NCBI GenBank assembly: GCA_045602405.1
Contig: JAZSBN010000052.1
Coordinates: 6,193-70,192 of the forward strand
Direction of reading: 5' to 3'
DNA length: 64,000 nt
Source: Ruminiclostridium sp.
Lineage (GTDB): Bacteria > Bacillota > Clostridia > Oscillospirales > Ruminococcaceae
The notes below the pieces were generated by a model. That model saw only the letters and a list, made by a program, of their open reading frames with translations. It was not told the origin of the DNA and did not search any database. Shown in pieces: positions 48,785 through 57,925 of the stretch. A program made the translations under genes and the position numbers. Positions within the stretch are counted from its first letter, which is position 1. Every line of letters begins with the position of its first letter.

Positions 48785-49153
48785 TTATTTCATAAGCTCA
48801 TCGGTAAGACGTATAATCTCGGGAGCGATTTTTTCACGCTCCTTTTTTGTAACATAGCTGTAAACCGGGTATGCCAGCGATACCGCCGCAATTCCGATTA
48901 CTCCCACGATAATTCCCGGAATAAACAGCTCCGTCCAGACCATACACATGGACATCCCAGTACCCATTACAAGGATACCTGCAATTCCGATAATAAGCGA
49001 AAGCGTTGCCCCCTTTTCGGTTACTCTTTTGTCAAGTCGCCTGAGCTGTTCCATTTTATCCGCTTCCTTAGGCAGGTATTTTTCACGTATCTTCTTAATC
49101 TCCTCCTGCTGTTTTGCAGAGTAGGTATAGCTGAAGGTTTCTTTATTCTGCAT
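48785..49153 (-). CDS. Small 2-TM membrane protein (paralog B)
   Basis: KIREKY, LRRLD..V, VMGTGMS, YPVY. Confidence 0.8.
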   Translation of the reverse strand: MQNKETFSYTYSAKQQEEIKKIREKYLPKEADKMEQLRRLDKRVTEKGATLSLIIGIAGILVMGTGMSMCMVWTELFIPGIIVGVIGIAAVSLAYPVYSYVTKKEREKIAPEIIRLTDELMK

Positions 49154-50051
49154 AATCTTTATTCTCCATAATTTTTCTGATTTCCTTTGAATTTTTCACA
49201 ATGCTGTATACTGACATGGTTACGATAACAATACTTACTCCCGCACCTGTCAGAGCTATGAAAAGCTTCTGATTTTCCAGGGACATTTCACCGCCAAACT
49301 CCGAAAACATTGCCGTTTCAAGAGACAGCATGGAAACAAGCGCCGCCGCCATGTTTATAATTTTCGACATTGACATCACGGGGCTTCCAAGCTTTCTGTA
49401 TTTTATGAGATTTATTATTGCAAGAGTAGTAATGTAGAATGTATACATCGCCATGACATAGATAAGTATTCCGTGGTATTCATAACCCTTATCACGGTAC
49501 AGAATCATCAGCACCGCGCCTGATAACGAAAGATTCACAAGCAGTAAAATATAACCGCAGAGCCTTGAACGGCGAAGCTCCCTGAAGCGGTTTTTCCCTA
49601 TTCCGATTCGGTTGGTGAAGCGTAAGAGGAGAAAACGCATTACTGCAAGAATAGTATAGTAAAAGGCAAGCACAAAGAACCAGACGCTGTGATAGCTGAA
49701 GCCCGACGCAACGTTCACAATTACATAAAGAATGTTTATTCCGAGGGAGCTGTAAAGAGAAACATGAGTACGGAATTTCATATCCGTCATGTAACGGTTT
49801 CCCACGGGATTTGAGTAGACCTTTTCCTTTGCAGTACGATACCGCTCAGGAACTACGGTTATACACCTCATGACAATGGCTGTAAGCGTATAGAATGAAA
49901 CCACATAAGCGACATAGGCGAGAGGATGATCCTCGTATCCATTCATGAAAATGAAAACAAGACATACCGTACATAAGGGCACAAGAAGGGCTATTATCCA
50001 TACAGGCGGATAAAGAAGCTTAATCAGTTTTTTCCAGTCCAACACTATCAC
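49143..50051 (-). CDS. Polytopic membrane protein of unknown function (start may be 50045 or 50042)
   Basis: About 8 TM segments; coupled to the upstream kinase. Confidence 0.8.
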   Translation of the reverse strand: MIVLDWKKLIKLLYPPVWIIALLVPLCTVCLVFIFMNGYEDHPLAYVAYVVSFYTLTAIVMRCITVVPERYRTAKEKVYSNPVGNRYMTDMKFRTHVSLYSSLGINILYVIVNVASGFSYHSVWFFVLAFYYTILAVMRFLLLRFTNRIGIGKNRFRELRRSRLCGYILLLVNLSLSGAVLMILYRDKGYEYHGILIYVMAMYTFYITTLAIINLIKYRKLGSPVMSMSKIINMAAALVSMLSLETAMFSEFGGEMSLENQKLFIALTGAGVSIVIVTMSVYSIVKNSKEIRKIMENKDYAE

Positions 50052-51108
50052 CTCTTCGTAGCTTTACCGTGAAAGTACTACCCTTTCCGACCTGGCTTTC
50101 CACAGCGATTTCTCCCTCCATAATATCAATTACACGCTTTACAAGAGCAAGTCCGAGACCGTTACCCTGCATGGCATGAGACGTATCGCCCTGATAGAAT
50201 TTTTCAAAAATATGCGCTCCCGTTTCTGCAGAAATACCACAGCCTGTATCGGAAATTTTTATAGTAGCATAATGTTCGTCGGCCGTAAGCGACAATGAAA
50301 CTCTGCCGCCTTTTTCTGTAAATTTGAATGCATTGGAAAGAAGGTTATTCCATACAAGTCCGAGCAGCTCCGAATCGGAGCTGATATATATTTCATCCTG
50401 AATTTCCGTTTCAATATCAATCTTCTTCTGCTCCCAGATATCCTCAAACTGCAGTAAAGCCTGACAAAGCTGTTCGCTTAAATCAAAGCTTTCTGATGCA
50501 GGAAAAATCTGCTGATTTTCAAGCTTATTCAGCTTTAAAATGTTGGTGATAAGGCTTGCGAGCCTTCGCGAATTTTCTGTAATGCCCTTGGCGTATTCAA
50601 TTCGCTTTTCCTCTGTCAGATCAGAAGCCTGAAGCATTGTTCCGTAATTCTGGATTACTGCAAGAGGGGTTTTCAGTTCATGGGAAACGTTGGCGATAAA
50701 ATCAGTCCGTAAGGTTTCAACGCTTCCAAGCTCCTCAGCCATTTTATTTATACATCCGATTATGCTGTTGAAGCTTTCATAGGCGTAGGTATCGTTAAGA
50801 GGCTCAACACGCACGGAAAAATCTCCGCCTGTGATTTTTTCTCCTGCTGAAACGATACGCTTTGTTGGACGGTCTACCATGAATTTCCTTCGTAAAGCGT
50901 CAATCACCGTGAAAAGAAGGCTTATCAGCAGAACGTTCCCGAAGGTGAGCTTAGCCGCCGTTGAAATACTCTCCTCCGTCAGCGTAAGCTCAAGAGTTCC
51001 CGACATTACCGTTATGAAAAGCGTCATACAGCAGGTTACCACAAAGGCCGCCAGAAGAAAGAAAACAAGCCAGCTGCTCAGGGCGTGAAGTATCTTTTTT
51101 ACACTCAC
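50020..51108 (-). CDS. Sensor histidine kinase (HAMP-HisKA-HATPase)
   Basis: VSHELKTPL, NLLSNAFKF, DTGCG, GNGLGL. Confidence 0.93.
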   Translation of the reverse strand: MSVKKILHALSSWLVFFLLAAFVVTCCMTLFITVMSGTLELTLTEESISTAAKLTFGNVLLISLLFTVIDALRRKFMVDRPTKRIVSAGEKITGGDFSVRVEPLNDTYAYESFNSIIGCINKMAEELGSVETLRTDFIANVSHELKTPLAVIQNYGTMLQASDLTEEKRIEYAKGITENSRRLASLITNILKLNKLENQQIFPASESFDLSEQLCQALLQFEDIWEQKKIDIETEIQDEIYISSDSELLGLVWNNLLSNAFKFTEKGGRVSLSLTADEHYATIKISDTGCGISAETGAHIFEKFYQGDTSHAMQGNGLGLALVKRVIDIMEGEIAVESQVGKGSTFTVKLRRGDSVGLEKTD

Positions 51109-51776
51109 TTTATCACCGCCTTATAGCCGAGACCGTGAACGGTTACAATTTCAAAATCCTTGCATTCAGAAAGCTTACTTCTCAGCTTCGTCATGTACAC
51201 GTCAACGGTACGGGGACCCGAGGCTGTGTCCGCATCCCAGAATTCATCCATAAGCTGTGTTCTTGTAAAGGTTTTTTTCGGATAGGAAAGAAGCTTATAA
51301 AGTATGGAAAATTCTCTTGTGGTCATAGAAATTTCCTCGTCGCCAAGATAAGCTGTATGCTCATCTGCATCCATTACGAAGCTTCCGATTTCAAGTTTCC
51401 TGCTGGAGGCAATTTTTGCACGACGTAAAAGCGCACCTATACGAAGAAAAAGCTCGTCAAGGTCAATCGGCTTCACCATATAATCGTCAATGCCTACACG
51501 ATAGCCTCTCTGCTTCGAGGCAAAATCGTCACGGGCAGTCATAAATAAAATCGGAATTTCATTATTAAGAGAGCGTACTATTTTAGCGAATTCAAAGCCG
51601 TCAATATCAGGCATCATTATATCCGACACGATAATATCAAACACATTCTCATACATAGCGTCGTAGGCTTCGTTTGCATTAAGACATCCTGTAGCCTCAT
51701 AGCCGCTGTTGTTCAGGAAGGCACACACCGTACGGTTAAGCTCACGGTCGTCCTCCACAACCAATATCCTGAACAT
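51105..51776 (-). CDS. OmpR-family response regulator
   Basis: ILVVEDD, VSDIMMP, KPID, C-terminal wHTH TVHGLGY; start at MFRIL. Confidence 0.93.
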   Translation of the reverse strand: MFRILVVEDDRELNRTVCAFLNNSGYEATGCLNANEAYDAMYENVFDIIVSDIMMPDIDGFEFAKIVRSLNNEIPILFMTARDDFASKQRGYRVGIDDYMVKPIDLDELFLRIGALLRRAKIASSRKLEIGSFVMDADEHTAYLGDEEISMTTREFSILYKLLSYPKKTFTRTQLMDEFWDADTASGPRTVDVYMTKLRSKLSECKDFEIVTVHGLGYKAVIK

Positions 51777-51905
51777 ATATCCACCCCCGTTTTTGGTATT
51801 GTAGCATATAAATGTTAAAGTTTTGTTAGCGTTTTCACTTCTGAAAAAAATTTTATCAGAAAAATTTGCACCTGTCAACGAAGTACAGAAACAATTAAAA
51901 CGAAA

Positions 51906-51942
51906 AACGCTCCTCTTATCATAGCTGATAAAAAGGAGCGTT
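51906..51942 (-). terminator. Terminator after the M28 peptidase
   Basis: AACGCTCCT/AGGAGCGTT with inner stem. Confidence 0.7.
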
Positions 51943-51952
51943 ATTGAATTGT

Positions 51953-54268
51953 TTATGAAAGTTTAAAATTCTTCTGAAGCCAGAGATTGAAATGAAGCTT
52001 TTCCTCGGAATCATAATTTTCGGGAATAAGGAGAGGATAGTCAACGATATATTCTGTGTAGAAAGCGTCTGCGCTTCCGCCGTTTACGGTAACTACACAA
52101 TCGCTGTGAAGATTTATATAGGCATAGCCATCCTTTGAGAAATCAAAGGTCTGTACCGTTGTTCCGTCGTCAACTGTAAAGGTTTTTGCGTCCTTTGTTT
52201 CAAGGGTCATATAAATCCGCGACCTGTCATCGGCAGGTTTTACATTCAGAGACTTTCCATCAGGAGCTGAAAGCACCGATATATCAAGAGGAAGTCTTTC
52301 CGTTTCACACATATATCCCCATTCATCCTCGCTGTACTGCATTTCGGGGGCATATTTTTTCAAGGCATTATAAGCACTCAGGTCATAAACACAGTAATAG
52401 CTGTAGCTTTCATTATCGGTAGAATAAATAAGAGCATCGTCGTCCATATTGCTGAAGCCCCAGCCCAGCTCAGCATGTGCATCGGGAGGAGTAAGGCTTA
52501 CAGCAAGGAAAATAACGAAGGATACGGCAATAATATGAACTGCACCCACCCAGCCCGGAACAGGCTTGCTCTTATCCTTTCTTATAAGGGCATTAACTGA
52601 GAAATATCCGCCTGCAGTAACCATATTACAGCTTACGCCGAATATCGTAAGAGCAAATAAAGTTCCGAAAATGTACACCATACTGAGACCGAGAGCGGAT
52701 ACAGCAAGAGTTATAATCGGTATTACAAGGGGGAGATACAACGCTGTCGCAAGAAGCTCGAAATGACAGCCTTCAAGCTTCGGGTTTAAGGTAACTGCGA
52801 CCTCGTTTATCATCAGCATTATTCCGCTGAACATAAAGAGATATCCTGCAGGAGGTAAAGCAAAGGTAAGAACTATTCCGAGAAGAACGTGGATGTAGGA
52901 AAAGACTCTTCTTATATCGCCTGCTTCAACCTTAAGCAGCTTGCTGCCGAGACAGGCGGAAAGAGAGGTTGTACCTACGGCAAGAATTGCGATACCTACA
53001 ACTATAGCGGTATTTGAATAATCCAGCTCCCCTATCAGGTGGAAATCGATAGTTCCCGATAATGCGGCGATAAGCTGGAACAGATAGTAACAGCCGAATG
53101 TAACTCCTGCGGTAAGCGCAAGTCCCACAATAATTATAGCTATTGATTTAATGGTTTTTACAAGCTGTTTTCTTTTATAAACGATGGAAAGAACTATATT
53201 GGCAATAAGAAGTAAAGCACCGATTACTGCAAGAACTACAGAAAAATCAAAACTATAGACCACATCGGCAATGTTCAGATACGAGAAGAAAATTGCATTT
53301 TCATCCGCCTCGTAAAGAAGGTCAAGGTCATAGCTTCCCAGCTTATCGAGAAGGTTGTTTATAATCTGCGCCTGCTGGGTCAGACAGCTTTCCTTTATAT
53401 TTTCAGGGCTGTCATTCTGAGTGTGGTAATTTTCACCCTCTCCGATATTCGCTATATTTACACCCTGATATAAATCCTTATAATTGGAAAAATCCGTACC
53501 ATTGGGCATCATGCCGTAAATCATAGTGGCAATGGAGCAGGTATAAAGATTGTTGTTTACCTCGCCGAAAAGCTTTACCGTGTTATAGTTATTGGCGGAG
53601 GTTTCGAACATTATCTGTGTACCTGCCGTGCCTCGTGCTTCGAGGTTGATTGCGAAATTTATACGCTCAACAAGCTTATCGAAGCCCTTAAACTCTTTTA
53701 TGAAGGCTTCCGACCCCAAAAGTCCGTATTCCTCGCCGTTCACAAAGCAGAAAACAAGGTCATTCGTTATGGTATAGCCGTTATTCATCCTGTCAAGATA
53801 ATAGCGTATCGCTTCCAGCATAGTACCACAGGCTAATGTATCGTCCGAAGCGCCCTGACCCGTGAAAACGGAATCAAAGTGAGCCATTGTCATTACCGCC
53901 TGATTAGTCTTTTCGGCAGCATTTGCAGGAATATGTACTATCACGTTATCGAGATAGAATGCCTGATATCTTCTTCTATCTGTGACAAAGCTCTGGACAA
54001 GATAGGCAGGAGCTTCCGTGGTATCGGAATTTACGATGCCAAGCTTTTCAAGCTCCGATATGATATATTCCTGTACCTTTTTATTCTCCTCCTCATTCAT
54101 GATGGAATGAGGGCCTGATTCGCTCATTCTTTCAACATGGGCACGGATATTATCGTGGTTGAAGGCCGAGGTTGTGGGAAATTCATTTACATCCAGAATC
54201 GATAATACAAATGAAAGGCACAGTATGACTGCAAAAGTTAGACTCAGTATTTTTCCTTTATTTTTCAT
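51953..54268 (-). CDS. Membrane-embedded M28-family metallopeptidase
   Basis: AHFDS, GASDD, GEEYGLLG, NLEARG, YHT; multi-TM central region; start at MKNKGK. Confidence 0.88.
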   Translation of the reverse strand: MKNKGKILSLTFAVILCLSFVLSILDVNEFPTTSAFNHDNIRAHVERMSESGPHSIMNEEENKKVQEYIISELEKLGIVNSDTTEAPAYLVQSFVTDRRRYQAFYLDNVIVHIPANAAEKTNQAVMTMAHFDSVFTGQGASDDTLACGTMLEAIRYYLDRMNNGYTITNDLVFCFVNGEEYGLLGSEAFIKEFKGFDKLVERINFAINLEARGTAGTQIMFETSANNYNTVKLFGEVNNNLYTCSIATMIYGMMPNGTDFSNYKDLYQGVNIANIGEGENYHTQNDSPENIKESCLTQQAQIINNLLDKLGSYDLDLLYEADENAIFFSYLNIADVVYSFDFSVVLAVIGALLLIANIVLSIVYKRKQLVKTIKSIAIIIVGLALTAGVTFGCYYLFQLIAALSGTIDFHLIGELDYSNTAIVVGIAILAVGTTSLSACLGSKLLKVEAGDIRRVFSYIHVLLGIVLTFALPPAGYLFMFSGIMLMINEVAVTLNPKLEGCHFELLATALYLPLVIPIITLAVSALGLSMVYIFGTLFALTIFGVSCNMVTAGGYFSVNALIRKDKSKPVPGWVGAVHIIAVSFVIFLAVSLTPPDAHAELGWGFSNMDDDALIYSTDNESYSYYCVYDLSAYNALKKYAPEMQYSEDEWGYMCETERLPLDISVLSAPDGKSLNVKPADDRSRIYMTLETKDAKTFTVDDGTTVQTFDFSKDGYAYINLHSDCVVTVNGGSADAFYTEYIVDYPLLIPENYDSEEKLHFNLWLQKNFKLS

Positions 54269-54338
54269 ATTTTCTCTCCTTTTGGTATTTGTAAAATTAT
54301 ACCATATCATAAAGCAGGTGTCAAACGCAATGAAAAAA

Positions 54339-54364
54339 TCCCTTCAGAGGTAAATCTGAAGGGA
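54339..54364 (-). terminator. Terminator after GH43
   Basis: TCCCTTCAGA/TCTGAAGGGA followed by U-tract. Confidence 0.75.
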
Positions 54365-54377
54365 TAAAATATACTTA

Positions 54378-55697
54378 TCATTTCATAAACACAAAGCCTT
54401 CCAGCTCAAAAAGATTTCTCTCCTTGTACCAGTCCACAAACCAGCCCGTGTAATTATGCTCGATCAGGAAAAATACCGAATGTCTTCCCGTAACATTTTT
54501 AACAACAGCGGAATATGTACCGTCTGCCGCGCCTACAACGCATTTTCCTATTTCCGTGCCGTCCTCGCCGTCAAGCATTATTCTTATTGTGGCATTACAA
54601 CCTGAGCCCTTCACCTTTACGGCGAATTCCATAGTTTCTGAGCCGTAATCCTCGCCAAAATCGAAATACTTGTAGCCGATAACACACTGGGGCTTTATGT
54701 TGGTGACTATTCTGGTGAAATAATCAAGCTCCGTCACGAAGCAGCCACCCTTAAGCACACAGGCTGTATCGGCAGGAGTTATCCTGTAAGGATTGAGAGA
54801 TTCCTCAAAGCCCAGAGAAGTCATTTCAACCTGAGGAATTGTTCCGTCGGGCAGTATCTCTATCCTTTCAACGCAGGCGCGCCTTGAGGTAATGGTGGCG
54901 TTGGTCATTCTGTGGTAGAAGATGTACCATTGTCCATTTATACAGCATATTGAGCCGTGATTGTTTCCTGCAGGATAATCAATACCGTTGTCGATTATAG
55001 TTCCCCTGTAGGTAAAGGGACCCGAGGGGGAAGCAGAGGTCATATATTCAAGGCGGTTACCCTTATTTGGTGAATAGATAAGATAGTATGTATCGCCCAC
55101 CTTACGCATTGAGCAGGCTTCAAAGAAACCCTTTTCGTCGCTCTTGTCGGCAGGAATTATATCGGGCTTATAGCTGTCGCTTATCAGCTCATACATATTG
55201 CTCTTAAGCTCCGCCATGTAGGATTTTTCAAAGCCACAGTAAATGTACACACGTCCGTCGTCATCCACCAATACGCCCGGGTCAACGAATACCCCGTCCT
55301 CAACATAATTATCGGGAAGGTCATACTTATATTTTGAAAGCAGTCTGAAAGGCCCCTCGGGTTTTTCGCTTACCGCAACACAGCCCTTATTCCAGAGGAT
55401 ATAGCAGTAGAGATAATACTTCCCGTCCTTTTCCACAACGTCAGGGGCATAAAGCGGATTATCTGTCCAGTCTGTATCGGAAGGGTGATCCCTGTCGGGT
55501 CTGGTATGGAAAATGTCGCCGTGACATACCCAGTTATTAAGGTCGTCAACAGGCGCAGACCATACCTTAAGCTTATAGTCGCAGAAGCTGTCCGAGCCTG
55601 CTCTGTCATGTGAGCCGTAAATATAAACTCTGTCGCCGAAAACTCTCGGCTCTCCGTCAGGGATATACTCCCAGCCGGGAAGAAATGGATTTGCCAT
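54378..55697 (-). CDS. GH43 glycoside hydrolase with C-terminal CBM6-like beta domain
   Basis: DGEPRVF, YAPDV, DPGVLVDDDG, FFEA, GNNHG. Confidence 0.88.
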   Translation of the reverse strand: MANPFLPGWEYIPDGEPRVFGDRVYIYGSHDRAGSDSFCDYKLKVWSAPVDDLNNWVCHGDIFHTRPDRDHPSDTDWTDNPLYAPDVVEKDGKYYLYCYILWNKGCVAVSEKPEGPFRLLSKYKYDLPDNYVEDGVFVDPGVLVDDDGRVYIYCGFEKSYMAELKSNMYELISDSYKPDIIPADKSDEKGFFEACSMRKVGDTYYLIYSPNKGNRLEYMTSASPSGPFTYRGTIIDNGIDYPAGNNHGSICCINGQWYIFYHRMTNATITSRRACVERIEILPDGTIPQVEMTSLGFEESLNPYRITPADTACVLKGGCFVTELDYFTRIVTNIKPQCVIGYKYFDFGEDYGSETMEFAVKVKGSGCNATIRIMLDGEDGTEIGKCVVGAADGTYSAVVKNVTGRHSVFFLIEHNYTGWFVDWYKERNLFELEGFVFMK

Positions 55698-55720
55698 TTT
55701 TATCTCCCTTCTAAGCTGTT

Positions 55721-56884
55721 TCAGCTATTGAATTCTTCAGAAAGTCTTAAGATGAGCTCCTTATCGGATTCTCTCTTTACCTGGCATATCATGCGGCTGT
55801 AGAAATTGTTGGTAGTATCCCAGAGTACGGGTACAAAGCCGTATTCGTTAAGCTTATCAAGCACTATTTCAAGACATTCCGTGCTGTTTGTATGTACTGC
55901 GTCGGGAGCAAAATTACTGTCGGGATAAATCGAAGTAGTTTCCCCTAAAAATACGGGTATACCCTTATCAGTAAAGGCTTTTTTAAGGAGCTCACACTGA
56001 TTGTCGATATAGTCAAGCCATTCCTGACCGCCTACCTTATTGCTCCAGTAAATCGCATTGTCAACGTAATGCACCGAAACCATTAGTCTATCGGAAACGG
56101 TATCTGTGGGAACGATAAATTCATCGGATGTGGTAAGGTCGATATTCGTCCAGTAGCCCGAAACGATAAGTACACGCTCAGCATTATTTCCGCCTGTTGC
56201 ACGGACTGCGTCAACGAAGGTCTGGTTAAGAGTATTCGCCATGTTGAAGGCGTCGGCTCTTTCGGGGTCAACAAGCTTACCACTTTCGTCAAACTGACTG
56301 CCGCCTAAGTATTCGTTATAGCCCTCGAAAACGAGAGTATATGGATAATCCCTGAACTCCTCCGCAATCTGTGTCCAGAGGTTGGTGAAGATTTTCTGGC
56401 ATTCCTCGAGAGAGTTTCTTCTTATGATAAATTCATCGAAATGATGAATATTTATTATCGTATAAAGTTCTGCGTTCTGTGCGTAATCAACGATTTCACG
56501 GACTCTTGCCATGTAATCGGAATTGATTGTATATGTGCCGTCATTTTCCATCATATTGCCCCAGAAAACAGGTATGCGTACCGTGTCAAAGCCTGCTGCC
56601 TTTATTCCGTCGATAGTTTCTTGGGTAGTTATGGAAGCACCCCACTGTTTTTCGTAGTCAAAGGGGGTGTTGCTTCCGCAGGTAGGAATCCATTCATATT
56701 CTATAGTTTCACAGCCGCCCGAATTATAGGCTTCCATTGTATTTCCGAGATTAAGACCTATTCCCATTTCTTCCGCCATTTCGGTTGCAGTTATCGCACC
56801 GTCGGAGGCAGGTGTCGCCGAAGAACAACCCGAAGCTACGAGCATTGCGGCAGTCATCACTAAGGATAAGATTTTCTTTTTCAT
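55721..56884 (-). CDS. GH5 endoglucanase/hemicellulase lipoprotein
   Basis: Lipobox ASGC; G.NLGN, VRIPV, INIHH, FEGYNE, SVHY, LGET. Confidence 0.9.
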   Translation of the reverse strand: MKKKILSLVMTAAMLVASGCSSATPASDGAITATEMAEEMGIGLNLGNTMEAYNSGGCETIEYEWIPTCGSNTPFDYEKQWGASITTQETIDGIKAAGFDTVRIPVFWGNMMENDGTYTINSDYMARVREIVDYAQNAELYTIINIHHFDEFIIRRNSLEECQKIFTNLWTQIAEEFRDYPYTLVFEGYNEYLGGSQFDESGKLVDPERADAFNMANTLNQTFVDAVRATGGNNAERVLIVSGYWTNIDLTTSDEFIVPTDTVSDRLMVSVHYVDNAIYWSNKVGGQEWLDYIDNQCELLKKAFTDKGIPVFLGETTSIYPDSNFAPDAVHTNSTECLEIVLDKLNEYGFVPVLWDTTNNFYSRMICQVKRESDKELILRLSEEFNS

Positions 56885-57057
56885 AAAAACTCCTTTCAGA
56901 ATCAAGGCAAATTTTCTGCTTTTATTATACAGAACATATTCTGTATACGCTAATCATATATTGCGGTATTTTTAATCATAAATTGCTGTTTTATCCTTGA
57001 AAAGCTGTAAAATCTGTGTTATAATACTGATATAACAGCAATTTTTGAAAAGAGGTT

Positions 57058-57906
57058 ATGAACTTGCAGGATAAACATACTACCGCCCCCGAAAATATCG
57101 AATATTATAAAACACCCTGTTTCCTTATTTACGACAGCCCCGAAGTCAAGGAATACCCCATGCACTGGCACAATGCAGTAGAAATACTTATGCCTACAGA
57201 AAATATTTTCCCTGTAATCTGCGGCGACAAGAAATATATCCTCAAAGAAAATGATATACTTATCATTCCGCCCGGAGAGCTTCATAATCTTAAGGCACAG
57301 GCAGGCAGACGCATAATAATGCTTTGCGACAACGACATGCTGAATGGTAATCCTGCATTAAAGGAGCTTAATTCGGTATTGTCGGAGCCTGTCTGGATAA
57401 ACAGCAGTTATGACGGCAATTTCGTTTCTTCTCTTAATGATATTATAATGGAAATGCTCAGAGTATTTGACAGCCCGCCCGTTTTCTGTGAAACGGTGCT
57501 GTATCAGAAGCTTATAACCCTGCTTCTGAAAATTGCGGAATATAAAAAGCAGACTGCAAAGGAAGAAAAAAACAAAAGCTCCGATAGAACGGAGCTTATA
57601 AGAAAATATATCGATAGCTTCTATATGAATCCCATAACCCTCGACTCTCTTTCCGAGGCTGTAGGCTACAGCAAATTCCACATTTCAAGAATACTCGGAA
57701 ACAGCGGCACCTCCTTCACCGATATGCTTAATGCGAGGCGCATTAAGGCGGCGGAAATCATGCTCAGGGACGACAGCTTTTCCGTGACTCAGGCGGCGTT
57801 AAGCTCAGGATTTCTGAGTATCACCACCTTCAATCGTGTGTTCAGGAAGATAAAGGGCTGTACGCCCACAGATTTCAGAAAAATGTATCGGGAGGGGAAT
57901 GTTTAA
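57058..57906 (+). CDS. AraC-family regulator
   Basis: Cupin HWH..EI; C-terminal HTH SGFLSITTFNRVFRKIKGCTP. Confidence 0.93.
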   Translation: MNLQDKHTTAPENIEYYKTPCFLIYDSPEVKEYPMHWHNAVEILMPTENIFPVICGDKKYILKENDILIIPPGELHNLKAQAGRRIIMLCDNDMLNGNPALKELNSVLSEPVWINSSYDGNFVSSLNDIIMEMLRVFDSPPVFCETVLYQKLITLLLKIAEYKKQTAKEEKNKSSDRTELIRKYIDSFYMNPITLDSLSEAVGYSKFHISRILGNSGTSFTDMLNARRIKAAEIMLRDDSFSVTQAALSSGFLSITTFNRVFRKIKGCTPTDFRKMYREGNV

Positions 57907-57925
57907 CGAACAGGAAGAACAAGCT

